Shown one piece after another: positions 63,706 through 64,000 of a DNA stretch of 64,000 bases (position 1 is the first letter of the stretch; the number at the start of each line of letters is the position of its first letter). A model generated the notes under the pieces. It was not told the DNA's origin. It worked only from the letters and a program-made list of their open reading frames with translations, and did not search any database. The position numbers were made by a program, and so were the translations under genes. The DNA is taken from positions 54,252,001 through 54,316,000 of the forward strand of contig NW_024704743.1 of NCBI RefSeq assembly GCF_018977255.1. Direction: 5' to 3'. The stretch is from Callorhinchus milii (taxonomy: Eukaryota).

Positions 63706-64000
63706 CTGTCAGTTACACTTGAATGCAGAAGATTGTCGTTTCAAATGTTACAGTACAGGAAAATCGCTTCACTGTACATGCTGCCAAAAATGACAGCTTA
63801 ATTTATGCCAATGCTCAAGCCACATCATACAGCCATTCCGTATGGCAGCTAAATACACTCCAAGCTCCCACCATCACTGTTTCCAAATACACTACAGAAA
63901 AAGAGACAGCCAGAGTAACTGCAACAAGTATAAAATTACTTGTGGCAGGGGTTGTGTCGGGGGAATATTGTGCATCCTACATCCCACTTTTATGTGAATC

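Noticed and set aside
1..64000. CRISPR arrays, operons, rRNA or prokaryotic defence systems
   Set aside because: No regularly spaced repeats or gene-dense regions; the DNA is eukaryotic and retroposon-rich.

Overview
This is AT-rich, repeat-dense vertebrate genomic DNA. The repeat content (L2 and CR1 LINEs, Deu-domain and tRNA-Ala-headed SINEs, Penelope-type hairpins, AmnSINE2-like and LF-SINE-like relics) points to a cartilaginous fish, possibly a holocephalan; this is an inference. Nearly all ORFs in the supplied track are decayed LINE ORF2 fragments or spurious SINE frames. Between the repeats I found a chain of very small minus-strand exons with canonical GT-AG sites, from 63705 down to 10263. 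Ten of them splice into one stop-free frame of about 147 aa that I cannot assign to a known gene. A second overlapping 54-aa frame and a stop-containing cassette ending in an AG|GT junction are also present. Other points of interest: a palindromic Penelope-type element with two degenerate minimal hammerhead-ribozyme cores; an apparently complete single-ORF L2; a modular SINE whose 3' stem-loop matches an L2 tail; an old local duplication; a MITE-like inverted repeat; two unnamed dispersed repeats; and CNE-like blocks. Repeat family names come from recalled consensus sequences, not database searches. Boundaries of old repeats are approximate.
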